A stretch of DNA of 63,857 nt, counting the filler, from Reclinomonas americana ATCC 50394 (Eukaryota), in the NCBI GenBank assembly GCA_048213135.1. It is 15 parts of 15 records of this genome, joined end to end, with 100 filler letters (N's around TTAATTAATTAA, not from the genome) between each part and the next. Parts side by side here need not be neighbours in the genome. Positions count along the whole stretch, not along the records: positions 49,290 to 63,857 come from AFZH01024024.1; 14 more parts are not named here. One strand, given 5' to 3'. The position numbers were made by a program, and so were the translations under genes. The notes below the pieces were generated by a model. That model was given only the letters and a program-made list of their open reading frames with translations. It made no database searches and was not told the DNA's origin. Of the stretch, positions 60,302 through 63,857 are shown in pieces (within the stretch, counting starts at the first letter, position 1; every line of letters starts with the position of its first letter).

Positions 60302-63300
60302 TCACACACATGAGGAAGGGATCTGATATGGTGTCACACAATGCGGCTCACCGTTTGACTGTGCGCGCGTGAACTCAGAGAGGAGAGTACAAAGCACACT
60401 GCACACGGACGGCGGAGCCAGACCGGTTGTCAGTGCGCGCAGTGCAGGACTGGACGAAGTCGAGCATGCCACCCACACGGGTGAGTTGAGGCGGACGGTG
60501 TACTGCTGCAGATGGCGGACGATGCGGACCTGCTCCTCACGCTGGAGAGTGAAGCGGTGCCGTCCACCGCTTCTGGTCTGACTGATAGAACAAGCCCTCT
60601 CACGGAAGAGTCGGCAGTGCGGACCACGCCGAAAAGCTGACTTGACCAGGGTTCGCAACTGTGCTGCTGCACTCGGCGATGAAGTAGCTGCCGGGCACAC
60701 AAACATTGCGTTGTCTCGACAGAAAACATCAAGCGCACGCAGGGCCACGGCAGACGGACGCATGTCATCCGAGCTCTGAATCTGCTCATCCGTCATCTCG
60801 AGGGCGGCCGACACCAGGAATGGAACCAGCACAGATTCCAGCGGGGCGTCGATCTCGGCGGCGACGCTTGACGGCTGTGCCGTAGGAAGTGACGGGGCAT
60901 CGGCGGCAGCCAGTGGCATCGGCTGGTCAGGGTGCGCAGATGCCGATGCTGCGCCGCTGGCCGCAGCATTACCTGCGACACCAAGGCCGGCACCGGTGGC
61001 ACGCGAGTACCAAGCTAAGTGAGGCAGCCAGCCGTGGAGCAGGCACTCTCGCACGTGCGACACTGAATCAACTGGAATGACGACACCAGCCTGCTCGTCA
61101 AACACATCGTCGTTGGGTTGGAACGCGCTTCCACCACTGCCGAGCATCAATATGATTGTGTGAGCTTCGAAAAAAGAGCCACCCTCGTTGACAACGGAAG
61201 CAGCGTACCCATCATGACGTAAACGTTCAAAGTCGGCACGGCGACTGGGACTCACAATGCAACTCCCTGACCTCACACATGACGATGAGCACACAAGAGA
61301 CAAACTCGGGAACCCGGCAGTGACGACATAGAGAAGAGCACTTACCAGACAATCCCTCGGAGCGCCGGTCGAGCGAAGCTCTATTTAAGATAATCGCAAT
61401 GGCGACCGAAACCGACACGCTGCCGGCGACGTCCACCGTTGCCGCGGAACCAGCGAGCCGCACCTGGACGTCTCGCACCGCATCGTCCAGCAGGTCGTGT
61501 ACGCGAAGCTGCTCCGCCGCGTTCAGGTACACTGATGCAGCAGCGGCGACATCGTGGCCACGCCCCAATTGTCCGACAGGTCGGACTTCCAGCCGGATCA
61601 CACGCGGTGGAACCCAATGTGCACGGATAAGGCGAAGGAGAGTGTGAAATCCGCCAGCACCAATCACGGCCTCAGCAGCCCAGTACAACAACACCAGTGC
61701 GGGCGACTCGGCCCAATGCTTGAGTCCGCCGCACAACAGTGTGAGCCAGGGCACATAAAGTCGTGACATTGCTTCACCAGCGAGCGCCTGGCCAGAAACA
61801 TCGCGCCTGATGTACCCGCCGACTTCGTCATGCTGTACACTCCGCGACTCCGACAGTGCTGGCGCGTGATTAGCATCCTGGACCACACCAACGTCGTCAA
61901 TCACAGCGATTTGGTCCGCCGTGCCGCAATCATCGACGACATTGGTGACGCTGCGGAGAGCTGCAGTGGAGACAAGCGCAGCAGCTTCTGCATCCTGTGA
62001 AGAACAGCGGTACGAACGCGGCGTCAGTGATCGACGTTGCGCACATCGGAAGTCACAATAGCGCCTGTCTCACCGTCTGCGACACACCATCGTGTTCAGC
62101 AGGCACACTCGGGTCGTCACATCCATCTAGCAAGCTCGGAGAGGGGGACCGCGGGCTCGGTGGAGTGACTCCGCCGCCGAAGTACACGTCAGCCCAATCA
62201 TCCTCATCGCAGTGTACCGGAGCCACATAGTCCACTTGGACTGGACCGTCTCCGACATGATCCACTGCGAGTGGACGGCTAACACACGCGTCGCCGCTGC
62301 TAAGCACTGACTGCAGCAGAAGGCCGCTCTGGAGGGGTGCAGACTCAGAAGGCGCCGAAGCCCTTGGCCTCAAGCGTTCAAGTTCATCGATGGCATCTTT
62401 AAGTGTTCGCAACAAATGGCGATCCTAGAAACACAGAGTGGAGTCATTACCTCGAGCACACGTACAAGAAACAGCACGTCAATTAACGAAACATGATTGG
62501 CGTCATACGTATCCCTGGCGAGCGCGTCAGCTGGGAAGTGTCTGTGACCGCCGCCGTAAAGCGCGAGGTGCCTCGGCGAGATGGGCAACTGATCAAGAAA
62601 TGAATCGTCTGAGTACTCCTGTGAGCTCGAACAGTCACCGCGGCTAAAGCAGTAAGTGCACTCCAACGTCACGACATACGCACAACACCCCATGCTGGCC
62701 ACACACCTGGTCGATGAATCCATCGTCGCTCACGTGCCGGTTGACGCGCTGCAGTCGCCAGCTCATACGCCAGATCGGTGGTACACAGAGCCACTCAGAC
62801 ATGCGACACGTCCCGTACTTGGTCTCCAAGAGAGTGCAGATAGACCAGCCGGCGCCGGGGTCGCAGTACAGGTCGACGGCGCTCCCATATTGATTTGGCT
62901 CAAACAGCCCGAGCTCAGTGTGCTGAGAAGGAGCAGGTGTGAGATCAACATGTACGCCACCACGACGCATACGACTTGACGGGGTACGTACCTCTCTGAC
63001 AGCCACAAGCACAGCCGCCGCACCTTCCAGGTTGACCGCGAGCAAGCGGGAGTAGGAAAGGTGGAGAGCACGCCAATCAATGCCACGCACACGACGCACA
63101 AAGTCGGCGTCCACGTGCCACAGACACAGTCTCATAAAGGGAAGCAGCGACAGTGCATCAGCATGTGGATCCAGGTGCGAACGCCCCAACGTGGTCATTG
63201 GATCGAAATCAACGACAGCATCTCGCCAAAAGAAGGCGTCGACATCGTGTGCGTCATCATCATCGTGGTCAGCAGGCACCAGACCACGGACACGCCATAC

Positions 63301-63370
63301 GCTGTGCTCGAGCTCGTGGCGCTCGAGCTCGTGGCACTCGACGTCTTCGAGCGGCGATGGTGACTCTGTA
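60302..63370 (-). CDS. Hypothetical spliced protein
   Basis: Series of same-strand, protein-like ORFs (62644-63432, 62053-62415, 61227-61904, 60302-61303). No family recognised. Confidence 0.4.
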
Positions 63371-63857
63371 AGCGAAAACGCGATGACTGTGAGTACAATG
63401 ACGTGCGCGCACATGCACACTAACACACGCACTCACACACGCACGCGCACACACACACACACACACAAACACACACAAACACACACACCGCTAACGCTCA
63501 CACAAACACACACATACACCACAATCGCACCAACACTTATATACACACATTGCGCACGCTCTGCACTCACACACACTCTCTCTACACACACACATACACA
63601 CACACACGTGCACACACACACACACACACACGCACATGTGCACACATGCACACAGGCGCACCACGCATGCACTAATCGGCACCGACATGACATCGGCTGA
63701 TGCAACATACTGTGCACACTGTGCGGCGACAGCGCGCGAAACACCAACGATGGACGACCCCAGGCAAGCAAGCATTACGCAACCACGGAGGGCATCATCC
63801 GCCATTGGAGGTGGACAGCAGCAGCTCCGTGTGTCCTTTTTTTTTTTTTTTTTTTTT

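Larger units (their letters stand above)
49301..63857. mobile_element. Putative large CACTA/EnSpm-like DNA transposon (right end not seen)
   Basis: CACTG start and subterminal inverted repeats at the contig's left end, plus a transposase-like gene. The extent of the element is inferred. Confidence 0.4.

Noticed and set aside
10074..63857. Alternative genetic code or widespread pseudogenes to explain broken ORFs
   Set aside because: In the genes I reconstructed, frame breaks and stops resolve with short spliceosomal introns under the standard code.
63836..63857. Poly-T as a retroelement tail or terminator
   Set aside because: At the window edge with no RT gene or flanking context, so it cannot be interpreted.

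Overview
This window is not one locus. It is 15 contigs joined by 14 artificial 100-nt spacers (N44-TTAATTAATTAA-N44). Contigs 1-2 (1-9973) are high-GC bacterial, probably alphaproteobacterial. They carry two sugar ABC permeases, a divergent GH88 hydrolase, and an EcoKI-like type I restriction-modification operon with a DUF429-like putative nuclease translationally coupled between hsdR and hsdM. Contigs 3-15 (10074-63857) come from an intron-rich, microsatellite-rich eukaryote, probably a flagellated protist. Recognisable genes are a TPR/coiled-coil/IRAK-RLK-like kinase/RING protein, an importin-13/transportin-3-like protein, mitoribosomal S18, CEP131, NEMF, a MAP kinase, a plant-type nucleotidyltransferase, an HNH protein, an EGF plus Gly/Ser/Thr-repeat protein, and an intron-containing CACTA/EnSpm-like transposase. 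The strongest signals concern splicing: (i) a recurrent atypical 5' splice-site class, GTT-GCGT/ACGT/GAGT (the canonical donor plus one extra T), at about 15 introns; (ii) a textbook U12-type AT-AC intron in the MAPK gene; (iii) two tandem identical 4-nt micro-exons (AATG, AATG) needed to rebuild a kinase catalytic loop. All gene models and family calls were made by eye, without database searches.
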